A stretch of 64,000 bases of DNA from Mytilus trossulus (Eukaryota), in assembly GCF_036588685.1 (NCBI RefSeq), contig NC_086378.1:57598001-57662000 (forward strand). The letters run 5' to 3'. The notes beneath the pieces are model-generated. The model worked only from the letters and a program-made list of their open reading frames with translations, ran no database searches and had not been told where the DNA came from. Positions within the stretch are counted from its first letter, which is position 1. Every line of letters begins with the position of its first letter. A program made the position numbers and the translations under genes. Positions 40,173 through 54,231 of the stretch are shown in pieces.

Positions 40173-40621
40173 GTCCGAGAACACAATTAATTCGTAGTGC
40201 ATTTCTTTTAGAACATAAATGAAAATTAAAAAAATCCCACCTGCGCTTTCTCAATGAAATTTTTACAGTGTGTTGTACTACTTTTGGGACAAATTATATC
40301 AAAATTATAGAAAACTTCATCGCCTCAAACTCAAAATATGGACAATTTTGTGTTTAGGGTGTCTTGAAATCTTTTGACAGCTTCCGAAGTGCTAATTTTT
40401 AACCTTTTTCAGCTGGACCGAATCACTACTTTCCTGTAAAATTCTGGACCCAAATTTTTTTACAGTGTAAATTCACCCCCCTACTTACAATTTGAGGCAT
40501 TAAACATGGAGAAATAAATTTGGAAGGGGTATAAAAATTATTGGCAAGTAACCCACTGTTAACACTAGGGACTATATTCGTGAACAACGAAAATCAAGGG
40601 ACGACAATTGTGGTCTCGGAC
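40173..40621. mobile_element. MITE between the gene A promoter and the satellite
   Basis: gtccgagaacacaatt ... aattgtggtctcggac inverted repeat. Confidence 0.6.
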
Positions 40622-41243
40622 CTAATATGTCGACTAAATATCATCATGATCATCGTTAGCCAAAATTAAAATTGCATGAGCATTTATTTCATTTATTTAG
40701 AAGATAGCATTTAGAATTAAAGAATACTGTGAATTGTCAATTTACTTTACTCTTTCACTCTTTCAAACTTGGTCATATGTCTTTCATATTTAGTTAAAAT
40801 CTGTACCCTGGATTCAGCGTTTACAACAATTAGTTTATCAAATACGCAAAATAAAAAAAGAAATGTTTGACCTGAGCGAAAAGGTACATATATGTATGGT
40901 TATAGGAAATATGAGAATCATAAACTCGCATACAAAGTGTGCATTGGGTTCTGATTGTTATAGACTCTCAAACAAAGTGTGTATTTGGTACTGATTGTTA
41001 TAGACTCTCAAACAAAGTGTGTATTGGGTACTGATTGTTATAGACTCTCAAACAAAGTGTGTATTGGGTACTGATTGTTATAGACTCTCAAACAAAGTAT
41101 GTATTGGGTACTGATTGTTACAGACTCTCAAACAAAGTATGTATTTGATCGAATTATTATAGACTCTCAAACAAGGTGTGTATAAGGTAATAGATGTCAT
41201 AAACTCTCAAACCAAACGTGTATTTGGTACTGATTGTTATAGA

Positions 41244-41429
41244 AATTAGTATGGCGTTCATTATCACTGAACTAGTATATATTTGTTTAGGGGCCAGCTG
41301 TAGGACGCCTCCGGGTGCTGGAATTTTTCGCTACATTGAAGACCTGTTGGTGACCTGCTGCTGTTGTTTTTTCTTCGGTCGGGTTGTTGTTTCTTTGACA
41401 CATTCCCCATTTCCATTCTCAATTTTATT
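41244..41429 (+). repeat. Penelope 3'-end fragment inserted in the satellite (copy 1)
   Basis: Ends ...cattccccatttccattctcaattttatt. Confidence 0.85.
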
Positions 41430-43305
41430 CCAAACAAAGTGTGTATTGAGTACTGATTGTTACAGACTAGCAAACAAAGTGTGAATTGGGTACTGATTGT
41501 TATAGAATCTCAAACAAAGTGTGCATTTGATACTTATTCTTGTAGACTCTCGAACAAAGTGTGTATTTGGTACTGATTGTTATAGACTCTCAAACAAGGT
41601 GTGTATTTGGTACTGATTGTTATAGACTCTCGAACAAAGTGTGTATTTGGTACTGATTGTTATAGAATCTCAAACAAAGTGTGTATTGGGTTCTGATTGT
41701 TATAGACTCTCAAACAAAGTGTGTATTGGGTACTGATTGTTATAGACTCTCGAACAAAGTGTGTATTGGGTACTGATTGTTATAGACTCTCAAACAAAGT
41801 GTGTAATGGGTACTGATTGTTATAGGCTCTCAAACAAAGTGTGTATTGGGTTCTGATTGTTATAGACTCTCAAACAAAGTGTGTATTGTGTACTGATTGT
41901 TATAGACTCCCAAACAAAGTGTGTATTGGGTACTGATTGTTATAGACTCCCAAACAAAGTGTGTATTGGGTACTGATTGTTATAGACTCTCAAACAAAGT
42001 GTGTATTGGGTACTGATTGTTATAGACTCCCAAAACAAAGTGTGTATTGGGTTCTGATTGTTATAGACTCTCGAACAAAGTGTGTATTGGGTACTGATTG
42101 TTATAGACTCTCAAACAAAGTGTGTATTTGGAACTGATTGTAATAGACTCTTTAATACACAAAGTGTGTATTTGGAACTGATTGTTATAGACTCTCAAAC
42201 AACGTGTGTATTGGGTACTGATTGTGATAAACTCTCAAACAAAGTGTGTATTGGGTACTGATTGTTATAGACTCTCAAACAAGGTGTGTAGTTGATACTG
42301 ATTGTTATAGACTCTCAAACAAAGTGAGTATTGGGTACGGATTGTTATAGGCTCTCAAACAAGGTGTGTATTTGATACTGATTGTTATAGACTCTCAAAC
42401 AAAGTGTGTATTGGGTACTGATTGTTATAGACTCTAAAACAAAGTGTCTATTGGTACTGATTGTTATAGACTCTCAAACAACGTGTGTATTTGGTACTGA
42501 TTGTGATAAACTCTCAAACAAAGTGTGTATTGGGTACTGATTGTTGTAGACTCTCGAACAAAGTGTGTATTGGGTTCTGATTGTTATAGACTCTCAAAAA
42601 AGAGTGTTTTGGGTATTGATTGCTATAGAATCTCAAAAAAGTGTGTATTGGGTACTGATTGTTATAAACTCTCAAACAACGTGTGTATTTGGTACTGATT
42701 GTGATAAACTCTCAAACAAAGTGTGTATTTGGTACTGATTGTTATAGACTCTCAAACAAAGTGTCTATTGGGTACTGATTGTTATAGACTCTCAAACAAA
42801 TGTGTATTGGGTACTGATTGTTATAGGCTCTCAAATAAAATGTGTATTGGGTACTGATTGTTATAGACTCCCAAACAAAGTGTGTATTGGGTACCGATTG
42901 TTCTAGACTCTCAAACAAAGTGTGTATTGGGTACTGATTGTTCTAGACTCTCAAACAAAGTGTGTATTGGGTACTGATTGTTATAGACTCTCAAACAAAG
43001 TGTGTATTGGGTACTGATTGTTATAGACTCTCAAACAAATGTGTATTGGGTACTGATTGTTATAGACTCTCAAACAAAGTGTGTATTGGGTACTGATTGT
43101 TATAGACTCTCAAACAAATGTGTATTGGGTACTGATTGTGATAAACTCTCAAACAAAGTGTGTATTGGGTACTGTTTGTTATAGACTCTAAAACAAAGTG
43201 TGTATTGGGTACTGATTATCATAAACTTTAAAACAAAGTGTATATTGGGTACTGATTGTTATAGACTCTCAAACAAAGTGTGTATTGGGTACTGATTGTT
43301 ATAGA

Positions 43306-43491
43306 AATTAGTATGGCGTTCATTATCACTGAACTAGTATATATTTGTTTAGGGGCCAGCTGTAGGACGCCTCCGGGTGCTGGAATTTTTCGCTACATTG
43401 AAGACCTGTTGGTGACCTGCTGCTGTTGTTTTTTCTTCGGTCGGGTTGTTGTCTCTTTGACACATTCCCCATTTCCATTCTCAATTTTATT
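43306..43491 (+). repeat. Penelope 3'-end fragment inserted in the satellite (copy 2)
   Basis: About 1 mismatch to copy 1, same junctions, offset 2062 bp. Confidence 0.85.
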
Positions 43492-46400
43492 TCAAACAAA
43501 GTGTGTATTGGGTACTGATTGTTACAGACTAGCAAACAAAGTGTGTATTGGGTACTGATTGTTATAGAATCTCAAACAAAGTGTGTATTTGATACTTATT
43601 CTTGTAGACTCTCGAACGAAGTGTGTATTTGGTACTGATTGTTATACTCTCAAACAAGGTGTGTATTTGGTACTGATTGTTATAGACTCTCGAACAAAGT
43701 GTGTATTTGGTACTGATTGTTATAGAATCTCAAACAAAGCGTGTATTTGATACTTATTCTTGTAGACTCTCAAACAAAGTGTGTATTGGGTACTGATTGT
43801 TATAGACTCTCGAACAAAGTGTGTATTGTGTACTGATTGTTATAGACTCTCGAACAAGGTGTGAATTGGGTACTGATTGTTATAGACTCCCAAACAAAGT
43901 GTGTATTTGGTACTGATTGTTATAGACTCTCGAACAAAGTGTGTAATGGGTACTGATTGTTATAGACTCCCAAACAAAGTGTGTATTGGGTACTGATTGT
44001 TATAGACTCTCAAACAAATTGTGTATTGGGTACTGATTGTTATAGACTCTCAAACAAAGTGTGTAATGGGTTCTGATTGTTCTAGACTCTCAAACAAAGT
44101 GTGTATTGGGTTCTGATTGTTATAGACTCTAAAACAAGGTGTGTAATAGGTTCTGATTATTATAGACTCTCAAACAAAGTGTTTATTGGTACTGATTGTT
44201 ATAGACTCTCAAACAAAGTGTGTATTTGGAACTGATTGTTATAGACTCTTACACAAAGTGTGTATTTGGTACTGATTGTTATAGACTCTCGAACAAAGTG
44301 TGTATTTGGTACTGATTGTTATAGACTCTCAAACAAAGTGTGTATTGGGTACTGATTGTTATAGACTCTTGAACAAAGTGTGTATTGGGTACTGATTGTG
44401 ATAGACTCTCAAACAAAGTGTGTATTGGGTTCTGATTGTTATAGACTCTCAAACAAAGTGTGTATTTGGTACTGATTGTTATAGACTCTCGAACAAAGTG
44501 TGTATTGGGTACTGATTGTTATAGACTCTAAAACAAAGTGTTTATTGGTACTGATTGTTATAGACTCTCAAACAAAGTGTGTATTGGGTACTGATTGTTA
44601 TAGACTCCCAAACAAAGTGTGTATTGGGTACTGATTGTTATAGACTCTCGAACAAAGTGTGTATTGGGTACTGATTGTTATAGACTCTCAAACAAAGTGT
44701 GTATTTGGAACTGATTGTAATAGACTCTTTAATACACAAAGTGTGTATTTTGGATCTGATTGTTATAGACTCTCAAACAAAGTGTGTATTGGGTACTGAT
44801 TGTTATAGACTCTCAAACAAGGTGTGTATTTGATACTGATTGTTATAGACTCTCAAACAAAGTGTGTATTGGGTACTGATTGTTATAGGCTCTCAAACAA
44901 GGTGTGTATTTGATACTGATTGTTATAGACTCTAAAACAAAGTGTTTATTGGTACTGATTGTTATAGACTCTCAAACAACGTGTGTATTTGGTACTGATT
45001 GTGATAAACTCTCAAACAAAGTGTGTATTGGGTACTGATTGTTGTAGACTCTCGAACAAAGTGTGTATTGGGTTCTGATTGTTATAGACTCTCAAAAAAG
45101 AGTGTTTTGGGTATTGATTGCTATAGAATCACAAAAAAGTGTGTATTGGGTACTGATTGTTATAAACTCTCAAACAACGTGTTTTGGGTACTGATTATTA
45201 TAGACTCTCAAAAAAGTGTGTATTGGGTACTGATTGTGATAAACTCTCAAACAAAGTGTTTATTGGGTACTGATTGTTATAGACTCTCAAACAAAGTGTT
45301 TATTGGGTACTGATTGTTATAGACTCCCAAACAAAGTGTGTATTGGGTACTGATTGTTATAGACTCCCAAACAAAGTGTGTATTGGGTACTGATTGTTAT
45401 AGACTCTCGAACAAAGTGTGTATTTGGTACTGATTGTTATAGACTCTCAAAAAAGGTGTGTATTTGGTACTGATTGTTATAGACTCTCAAACAAAGTGTG
45501 TATTGGGTACTGATTGTTATAGACTCTCAAACAAAGTGTGTATTGGGTACTGATTGCTATAGACTATCAAACAACGTGTGTATTTGGTACTGATTGTTAT
45601 AGACTCTCAAACAAATGTGTATTGGGTACTGATTGTGATAAACTCTCAAACAAAGTGTGTATTTGGTACTGATTGTTATAGACTCTCAAACAAAGTGTTT
45701 ATTGGGTACTGATTGTTATAGACTCTCAAACAAATGTGTATTGGGTACTGATTGTTATAGACTCTCAAACAAAGAGTGTATTGGGTACTGATTGTAATAG
45801 ACTCTCAAACAAAGTGTGTATTGGGTACTGATTGTTATAGACTCTCAAACAAAGTGTGTATTGGGTACTGATTGTTATAGACTCCCAAACAAAGTGTCCA
45901 TTGGGTACTGATTGTTATAGACTCTCAAACAAATGTGTATTGGGTACTGATTGTTATAGACTCTCAAACAAAGTGTGTATTGGGTTCTGATTGTTATAGA
46001 CTCTCAAACAAATGTGTATTGGGTACTGATTGTGATAAACTCTCAAACAAAGTGTGTATTTGGTACTGATTGTTATAGACTCTCAAACAAAGTGTTTATT
46101 GGGTACTGATTGTTATAGACTCTCAAACAAATGTGTATTGGGTACTGATTGTTATAGACTCTCAAACAAAGAGTGTATTGGGTACTGATTGTTATAGACT
46201 CTAAAACAAAGTGTGTATTGGGTACTGATTATCATAGACTTTAAAACAAAGTGTATATTGGGTACTGATTGTTATAGACTCTCAAACAAAGTGTGTATTG
46301 GGTACTGATTGATATAGACTATCAAACAAAGTGTGTATTGGGTTTTGATTGTTTTATACTCTCAAACAAAGTGTGTATTGGGTACTGATTGTGATAAACT

Positions 46401-48070
46401 CTCAAACAAAGTGTTAATTTGGTACTGATTGTTATAGACTCCAAAACAAAGTGTGTATTGGGTACCGATTTCATAGACTCTCAAACCAAGTGTGTATTGG
46501 GTACTGATTGTTACAGACTAGCAAACAAAGTGTGTATTGGGTACTGATTGTTATGGAATCGCAAACAAAATGTGTATTTGGTACTGATTGTTATAGACTC
46601 TCAAACAAAGTGTGTATTTGGTTCTGATTGTAATAGACTCTAAAACAAAGTGTGTATTGGCTTCTGTATACTGTTTACTCTAAAAAAAAATGTATTGGCT
46701 ACTTTATACTGTTTACTCTCAAACAGTGTGTTTATTGGGTACTGAATATCAAAAACTCAAAAACAAAGTGTGCAGTGGGTACTGAATATTGTAAACTCTC
46801 AATAAAAGTGTGTATTGTGTACTGAATATAATGAACTCTCAAACAAAGTGTGTATCGTGTACTGAATATTATAAACTCTCAAACAAGGTGTGTATTGGGT
46901 ACTGCATATCATAAACTCGCAAACAAAGTGTGTATTGGGTACTGATTGTTATAGACTCTCAAACAAAGTGTGTATTCGGTACCGATTGTTATAAACTCTC
47001 AAACAAGGTGTGTATTGGGTACTGCATATCATAAACTCGCAAACAAAGTGTGTATTGGGTACTAATTGTTATAGACTCTCAAATAAAGTGTGTAGTGGGT
47101 ACTTAATACTGTTAACTCTCAAACAGAATGTGTATTGGGTACTAATAATATCATAAACTCGCAAACAAAGTCTGTAGTTGGTACTACAGGTTATAAACTG
47201 TCAAACACAGTGTGTATGTTGGTACTAAAAATTATGAAATCTTAAACAAAGTGTGTATTGTGTATTGAATATCATAAACTCTCAAACAAAGTGTATATTA
47301 GGTACTGCGTAATATTCCCTCCAAAACTAAGTCTGTATTGTATACTGATTATTCTAAACTCTCAGACAAAGTGTTTATTGGGTACTGCATATCATAAACT
47401 TTTAAACATAGTGTGTAGTCGGTACTAAATATTAAGACTGACATCATGAACTACGTATAATATTCGTTTTTATATCGCCAGTAAATGAAACAATTTATGA
47501 TCTATTGCTCATTTTAGTGGAGAAATATAAGCGCCACACCAATTTTACATATGTTTGCGTTAACCTAGCTCAAAACACATAGTCAACAAAATAAGACACA
47601 AACACGGTTAGTTTACAAATTTCAAACACTAACAGTATATCTGATTTATGTGCAAGACAATAAACGACTCTGACCACAATAAAGAATATAACAAGTTATT
47701 ACTCATACCCGGAGTTACTCTTACTTGATCGATTTATAATTTGAACTGATTTTATCATGACCGAATATACTAGAACATGAAAACCCTGTATTTGCCACCT
47801 GACGTTCCCTAACATCAATCAATATAAAAATCATTCTCAATATACATGTTTTCCTGTTTTCTAGTATATGTGCATATGTTACCTTATTCACGTGTAATTC
47901 GTTTGCATATTTTAATCTAATTTGATCTTGATTTTGAATCTGAATAATCCTAAATAACTAACTACACCTTTACATAATTACCGGTATGTTAAATTATAGA
48001 TTGCAATTTTGAAGTTAAACTGAGTAGTTACAATCTTGAATATTTAGAGATCAGTATTATTTAATCTCTT

Positions 48071-48245
48071 AAAAAGTAAAATCACAAAAATACTGAACTC
48101 CGATGAAAAACGGAAAGTCCCTAATCAAATGGCAAAATCAGCTCAAACACATCAAACGAATGGATAACAACTGTCATATTTTGACTTGGTTCGACATTTT
48201 ATTAGGTAGAAAATTGTGGTTTGAACCTGGTTTAATAGCTAGTTA
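48071..48245 (+). repeat. Interspersed repeat (aaaagtaaaatcacaaaaatactgaactcc family)
   Basis: Reverse-complement match to 11185-11355. Confidence 0.65.
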
Positions 48246-49964
48246 AGTGGCAGTCTGTCTTATATTTATGTTGATTCTTAAATTTTCCAACATAACCTAT
48301 TAGGAATCATTATCTCATCCATACCAAAGAATAAATAGAAGAGATTATGAGTTTCATGCATTCAAAGCTTTTTCTGGATTTATCTTCTTCCGAAACATTC
48401 AAAGCCGAATATTTGAAGCCAATTCAATTTTTAAAATAATACGGACACACTCTATAATGTTATTAACAAACATCGAATAATGCAAACAAACCTCGCGAAA
48501 TCAAGCTTTTCTCATAATTCTAGTTTATCGTACTCTTTGATCCGCACTATTGCGTGGCAATTTTAATTTTGGAGTTAAAAACACTAACCATACAAGCCCT
48601 TAACTGAATGTACATTCATTTCTCTGTAGGTATCATAAAATGATGCAGACGCTATTCGACAAACTTGCGATCGATCGTATTTACCAATTGGTGTGAAGTT
48701 GAGACAAAGATGTGTTAAAATTGTAAAGCACAGAAAGAGGTACAGCAATAGGTCTAAAGCGTTCTATGTTGAGACTTTACCATCTGGCAGTATTGGATTT
48801 CAGTTGATATGACATCTTCGTTCATAAACAAAAAATATGATTTTATTTTTTACATGTTGGTCGAGCTATGATATTGTATTCTTATTTTTGTTATTTTTTA
48901 AATACTACCATGCAAGGATAAAGTTGTTGCTATTTGAAAAATATTGTTTAAGGTAATATCTAACACCTTGACTTACATAAAAGTGACTTGTTTAAATTTC
49001 ATAAATATTTTACATAATATTAATAATGACCATTTGAAAAAACTATAAAAATTAAAAAAAAATCTTGAACCATACATTTCGTCTGTAAAATTTCATTGAA
49101 TACATAGCAATTTTGTAACAACTTATTTTTCATCTTAATATTTCTATAACCACAGATTGTGTTTAAAACGTTTAGTTGATTTCCCTGTAGTGTTAAGTAC
49201 AACCTTGAAGTACTTAATATTTTATATTGACATGGTTGATACCTGACCACTAATTGTCAGATTGTGTTCTATCAGTATATGTATTTCTGTGTAAAAGAAC
49301 CCATATTTTTTTCTCTTCAATATGGTTGGAAAAAACATGTTTTAGATGTATGAACTGGGCAAACATTAGTCCTTTTATTTAATTTAATTCAACAATCTTC
49401 AAAAATAAACTTGTTCGATACGACAAGTTAAATTTGTTATTCAGACATTTAGTTCGTTCTATACAAGAATGTATAGATTTTATGTTTTTTTTTTCTTAAA
49501 TTTTATTAACTTGGGTTGATGGCATATATAAAACGTACAAGTTATAACTCATTCCAGGATGCACTTAAAACATTGTTTTTAAGAAAAAAGCTCATTGGTT
49601 AAGAAATATAACATGTTGTTGTTGTTAGAGCTATGATATCATCATTTGTTATTTATAATTATTTTTAATGTAGCATACATTTTATTATGAACCAATACAC
49701 TTAACGGTGTGGAATTTAACAACTAAGTTCACATTATGGTCTACAAGAGTGAACAAAACTTAAGATGAGCAAACGCAAGGAGCTGTATAAAGCTAGAACA
49801 ATCAAAGTAGACACAAAAAGTACTTTATTTCAGGACAAGACTGATTATTTTATTTATGAAAAAAAAAGAAAAACGAAAGAGCACAAGCATTTTAAAAATG
49901 TTATCTTGGAGGACAATTCTGAGCGACATATCATTTAGTGAGACTCGTAACTGATACACAAAAT

Positions 49965-50125
49965 TACGTCCTCAATGCTTCTCAATTTTGTACTTTATTT
50001 TGCCTTTCATTTTTATTTTCAACTTTGTTTGATTTGAGCATCACTGATGAATCTCTTGAAGACGAAAAGCGCATCTAGCGCATATACAAATTTTCAATCC
50101 TGGTATCTATGGTGACTTTATTTAC
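49965..50125 (+). repeat. Degenerate hammerhead repeat copy
   Basis: gcatca CTGATGA atct cttga agac GAAA a gcgc atc tagcgc. Confidence 0.65.
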
Positions 50126-51589
50126 ATAAGAATAGAAGAGCAGCACACATAAACGTCCGTAATTGCAAGTCGTATTAAGAGGGACATGAACACATTTAAT
50201 ATCTGAATATGATTTAAAATGTTTTAAAAATACTTATTTACAAATTGAAAAAATCAAAATAAGGAATGTGTAAAACGATTGACATTTTTTAAGTGTTCCT
50301 AAAAGACCACACTTAAACTCATCATGCAACAATTACTTCTGCTATAATTTTAGTTTGTGGTAAAAATTCATTTTATTTCATGAGTCAATTACCAAATTAT
50401 TATCCAAATCAAAATTAAATTTTTCGGAACCATTAATCTATGACACTGTCAATGGTTATTTCTTGTGCAATAACTGTTCGACACTCGTCGAATAAATTAC
50501 CCGGATCATATGCAAATGAATATAATTATACGCTTATGATTATAACCTTACGCTTAAGGTCCAAATGCTCATATGGGTCAGTACACACTAACCAAAGGCA
50601 GATATGAATAAATATGAAAACATTGACCCGTATGCTTATTAGCTTCCGGATATTAAACTAAATGATATGAGTTGATAACCATTCTGGTGCTCTCAAAATA
50701 TTTCTTGTATTGCAATTCGTTTTCCTAGTTTTATACTTTCGAGAATACCCACCGAAAAAAAAGCTGGTTCCAATAAGATAAGGCATGAAATTGGCTGCGC
50801 AGTGCTAACGGTATTGTTTGAGAAATGAGAGGGGAAAGAACTGTACATGTAATAAGAAATACTTGTATATTATCGAGCTGATTTCCAATGCATACAATGA
50901 AAAGACAGCATTCATGCATACATTAAAACGTATAAAACAATTTAACAATGTTCCGCCCTAAACTCTTAACCTGTTTAAATGTAAGCAAAGAAACAGAAAA
51001 AGGTTATCAACTTATATAAAAAAGAAAAACAAACATGACATATTCATTGACTTTTTATGTAGATTCAGCATACTTCCATGTAACACGTGTTAATGCTACA
51101 ATGATGCGGTCGCAATGTACTTCCTTTTAAATCAAAACACAATTTATCCGGTCAAGTTTGGTATATTATGCCACTTTAAAATCTCAATTAAGAAACGGTT
51201 GTTGTATCATTTAAAAAGGTTAATACCCAAATCAATGTAACTGAGAGCATGCGCACTGATGGGTATTAATTGTTTGATTTACATGAATTAAAAACAGTTG
51301 TATACAATCTAAAACAAAACCTCTAGGTAGAATTGTTCATTTCTGATGACCATTCCTAAATGAACTAGTCACTTAAATTTTGCAGATCTAAAACATGCGA
51401 CCCAACGTTTCTGAAATAAATCTTTGCCATACATTTGTCAATCTACAGTAATCAAACACTATATATACATGTATATATATATATGATAGTTTAAACAAAG
51501 CAATTTACCTTATAACAACTTATGGTATACATAAAACTTTGCTCCTTTTTCCATGTGGTCATTTTTTCATGTAGTCATTTTTTTTTATA

Positions 51590-51825
51590 AATTTCATGTT
51601 TACAAAACTTTGAATTTTTCGAAAAAACTAAGGATTTTCTAATCCCAGGCATAGATTACCTGGGCCGTAATTGGCACAATTTTTTGAATTTAGGATTGTC
51701 AATGCTCTTTAACTTTGAACTAGTTTGGCTTTATAAATATTTTGATATGAGCGTCACTGATGAGCATTATGTTAACTAACCTCGCATCTGGCGTACTTAA
51801 TAGAATACTGGTACCTTTGATAACT
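51590..51825 (+). repeat. Degenerate hammerhead repeat copy
   Basis: gcgtca CTGATGA retained; GAAA lost. Confidence 0.65.
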
Positions 51826-51886
51826 ATTCCATTTTGTAAACTTATCATATAATTCAGTGACATGCCGATAACCTAAATTGTGTATC

Positions 51887-52603
51887 GTGGAACGCATCTA
51901 TCCCATCGAACTAAAGATAAAAGATACTACAGATACAATTTAGTCGGCCTCATATCTTGACCTATATCAAGAAATTGACAATGAGGGTCAGTTGAAAACA
52001 AAACTTTACGACAAAAGAGATTATTTCAACTTTCCAATTATGAACTTTCCATTTCTAAGTATCAACATTCCAGCAGCATCTGCATACGGTGTATATATCT
52101 CCCGTTTGATATGATATTCCCGTGCTTGCATTGCCTATCATGATTTACTGGACAAAGGGTTGCTGCTCACAAGGAAGCTATTAAACCAAGAGTTCAAAAT
52201 GGTGAAGTTGAAATCATCCCTTCGTTAATTTTACGGACGCCATCACGAGTTGGTTGACCGTTATGGAACAACCGTTTCACAAATGATATTGGATGTATTC
52301 CTTACGTCGTAACTACAATCCCCTTCCCTTTCATGAATATGACCTACCGAATTAGACTATTTACCGGATAAGTTATCACATAAGCATCACGACGGGTGCC
52401 ACAAGTGGAGCAGGATCTGCTCACTCTTCCGGAGCACCTGATATCACCCCTAGTTTTTGGTGGGGTTTGTGTTGTATATTCTTTAGTTTTCTATGTTGTG
52501 TCATGTGTGCTATTGTTTGTCTGTTTATCTTTTGCATTTTTAGCCATGGCGTTGTCAGTTTTTTTTCGATTTATGAGTTTGACTGTCCCTTTGGTATCTC
52601 TTT
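51887..52603 (+). mobile_element. Penelope-like RT C-terminal remnant plus 3' region
   Basis: ASYLDLYQEIDNEGQLKTKLYDKRDYFNFPIMNFPFL...AYGVYISRLI...GLLLTRKLLNQEF...FYGRHHELVDRY. Confidence 0.8.
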
Positions 52604-54094
52604 CATACAGAATAACATTTTGGTTATTTTTTTTTTTAATATATTAAGTATACTTAACTTTCAAATGACGGTATCTTAATCGAATCCCAATTACAACCAT
52701 ACGTTATTATGGTAACAGACTCCTGGCATTTAAGATGAGTTGATGTATTTGCCTTATTGAATATATCTAGTTGGCAATCGATCAACAACATATTTAATCT
52801 GGATTTTCTTTTACTAGAGCATACACTTCATAATGAACGTATACACTGAATGGGAATGGATTTAACAACTAATGCCACCTTTCGGCCTTAACTTGAAAAA
52901 TCATAAAAAATTACAAATTAAAACATCAAAATATTAAAAATTAACAATGTGTAAAACAGTTGACTTTTGGTTTAACGTGTTTCGTAAAAACAACTTAAAA
53001 ATAACCATGCACAAATACGTCTACTTTGATTTTAGTATGTTATTTCACTAATCAAGTTACAATGATTACCAAGTTTTTATCTTAGTAAAACTTTCATTTT
53101 TCGAAACTCCAAATCCATGACACTTTGGATAATTATGTCTTACGCAATAACTGTTGACCATTCGTTGTATTAAATACCGGGACCTTGACCGTACGTGTAT
53201 GTTTAAATCATATGAGTTTATACGCATATGGTCCAAATACTCATATGGTCCAGAACACATTAAACAAAGACAGATATGAATGAATATAAAAACATTAACA
53301 TGTAGTCTTACGATATTAGCTTCCTAATATTATACTTGATATGATATGAGTCGTATATCATTCTGGTACACTTTGAATACTTCGTGTACAGCGATTTGTT
53401 TTTTTATTATTCTAAACTAACGTCAAAATAACACCTACAGAAAAAAGCTGGTACTAATCAGATGAATTTACAAGTGGAATGAGTTGACCAGGCAATGCAA
53501 AGGGGATTATCGGATAAATGAGAAGAGAAGCTATGGGTTTCAGCCCCGGTTAAGACAAATGTAATAAGAGATACTTGTGCATTATCGAGGTTATTTACTA
53601 GGCGTACACTGTATATGTATGTGTGTTTACATACGACAAAATGCATGACATATAAGACACTATTCAATTTTAAATTCTTTAAAACATGTAAAGTGAAGAC
53701 TAATTTATACAACAGAACACGACATATTTATGGATGTTTTATGTACATACTTTCATGCAACAAGTTTATTTTTGTTCCAAACAAGCGGTTGCATATATTT
53801 CCTTGTAATTCAGAACGACAAAATAAAAGAGGACGGAAGACCCTTCATTTCTTCATTCAGGAACTTCTTAAGGAGAACAAAAGTTATCATTATCATTTGA
53901 CTTTGCTGTCCGCTTTAAGAAGATATTATGTCACTAAATAATTCTAATTTGGTGACTATGTTGAATGCATCTCCGAAATTTCTCGATACATTGAAGACCT
54001 GTCGGTGACCTTCTGCTGTTTTTTTTTTCTATGGTCGGGTTGTTGCCCCTTTGATACATTCCCCATTTCCATTCTCAATTTTATCTGTCCCATA

Positions 54095-54231
54095 ACACTT
54101 GTGATTCAACAGATACAGCCTCATTTCTTGACTTACATCTAGAAATTGACAATGAGGGTCGGTTGAAAACAGAACTTTGCTACAAAAGAGATGATTCTAG
54201 TTTCCCAATATGAGCATTCCCTTTCTATGTA
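54095..54231 (+). mobile_element. Penelope-like remnant, left part (resumes at 63344-63870)
   Basis: Collinear with 51945-52600 once 54232-63343 is removed. Confidence 0.75.

Larger units (their letters stand above)
40917..47439 (+). repeat. Tandem satellite, 40-bp unit CAAACAAAGTGTGTATTGGGTACTGATTGTTATAGACTCT, roughly 150 copies
   Basis: Head-to-tail units; homogeneous core, degenerate right end (after about 46650); two copies of a 186-bp insert. Confidence 0.97.

Noticed and set aside
41218-43558. Duplicated 88/92-aa and 69-aa ORFs as small genes
   Set aside because: They are translations of the non-coding Penelope 3'-end insert, which also occurs at 9487, 30229, 37157 and about 53975.
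40917-47439. CRISPR-like array, and ORFs within it (43002, 45023 and others)
   Set aside because: Units are head-to-tail with no unique spacers, there are no cas genes and the context is eukaryotic; the ORFs are by-products of the repeat.
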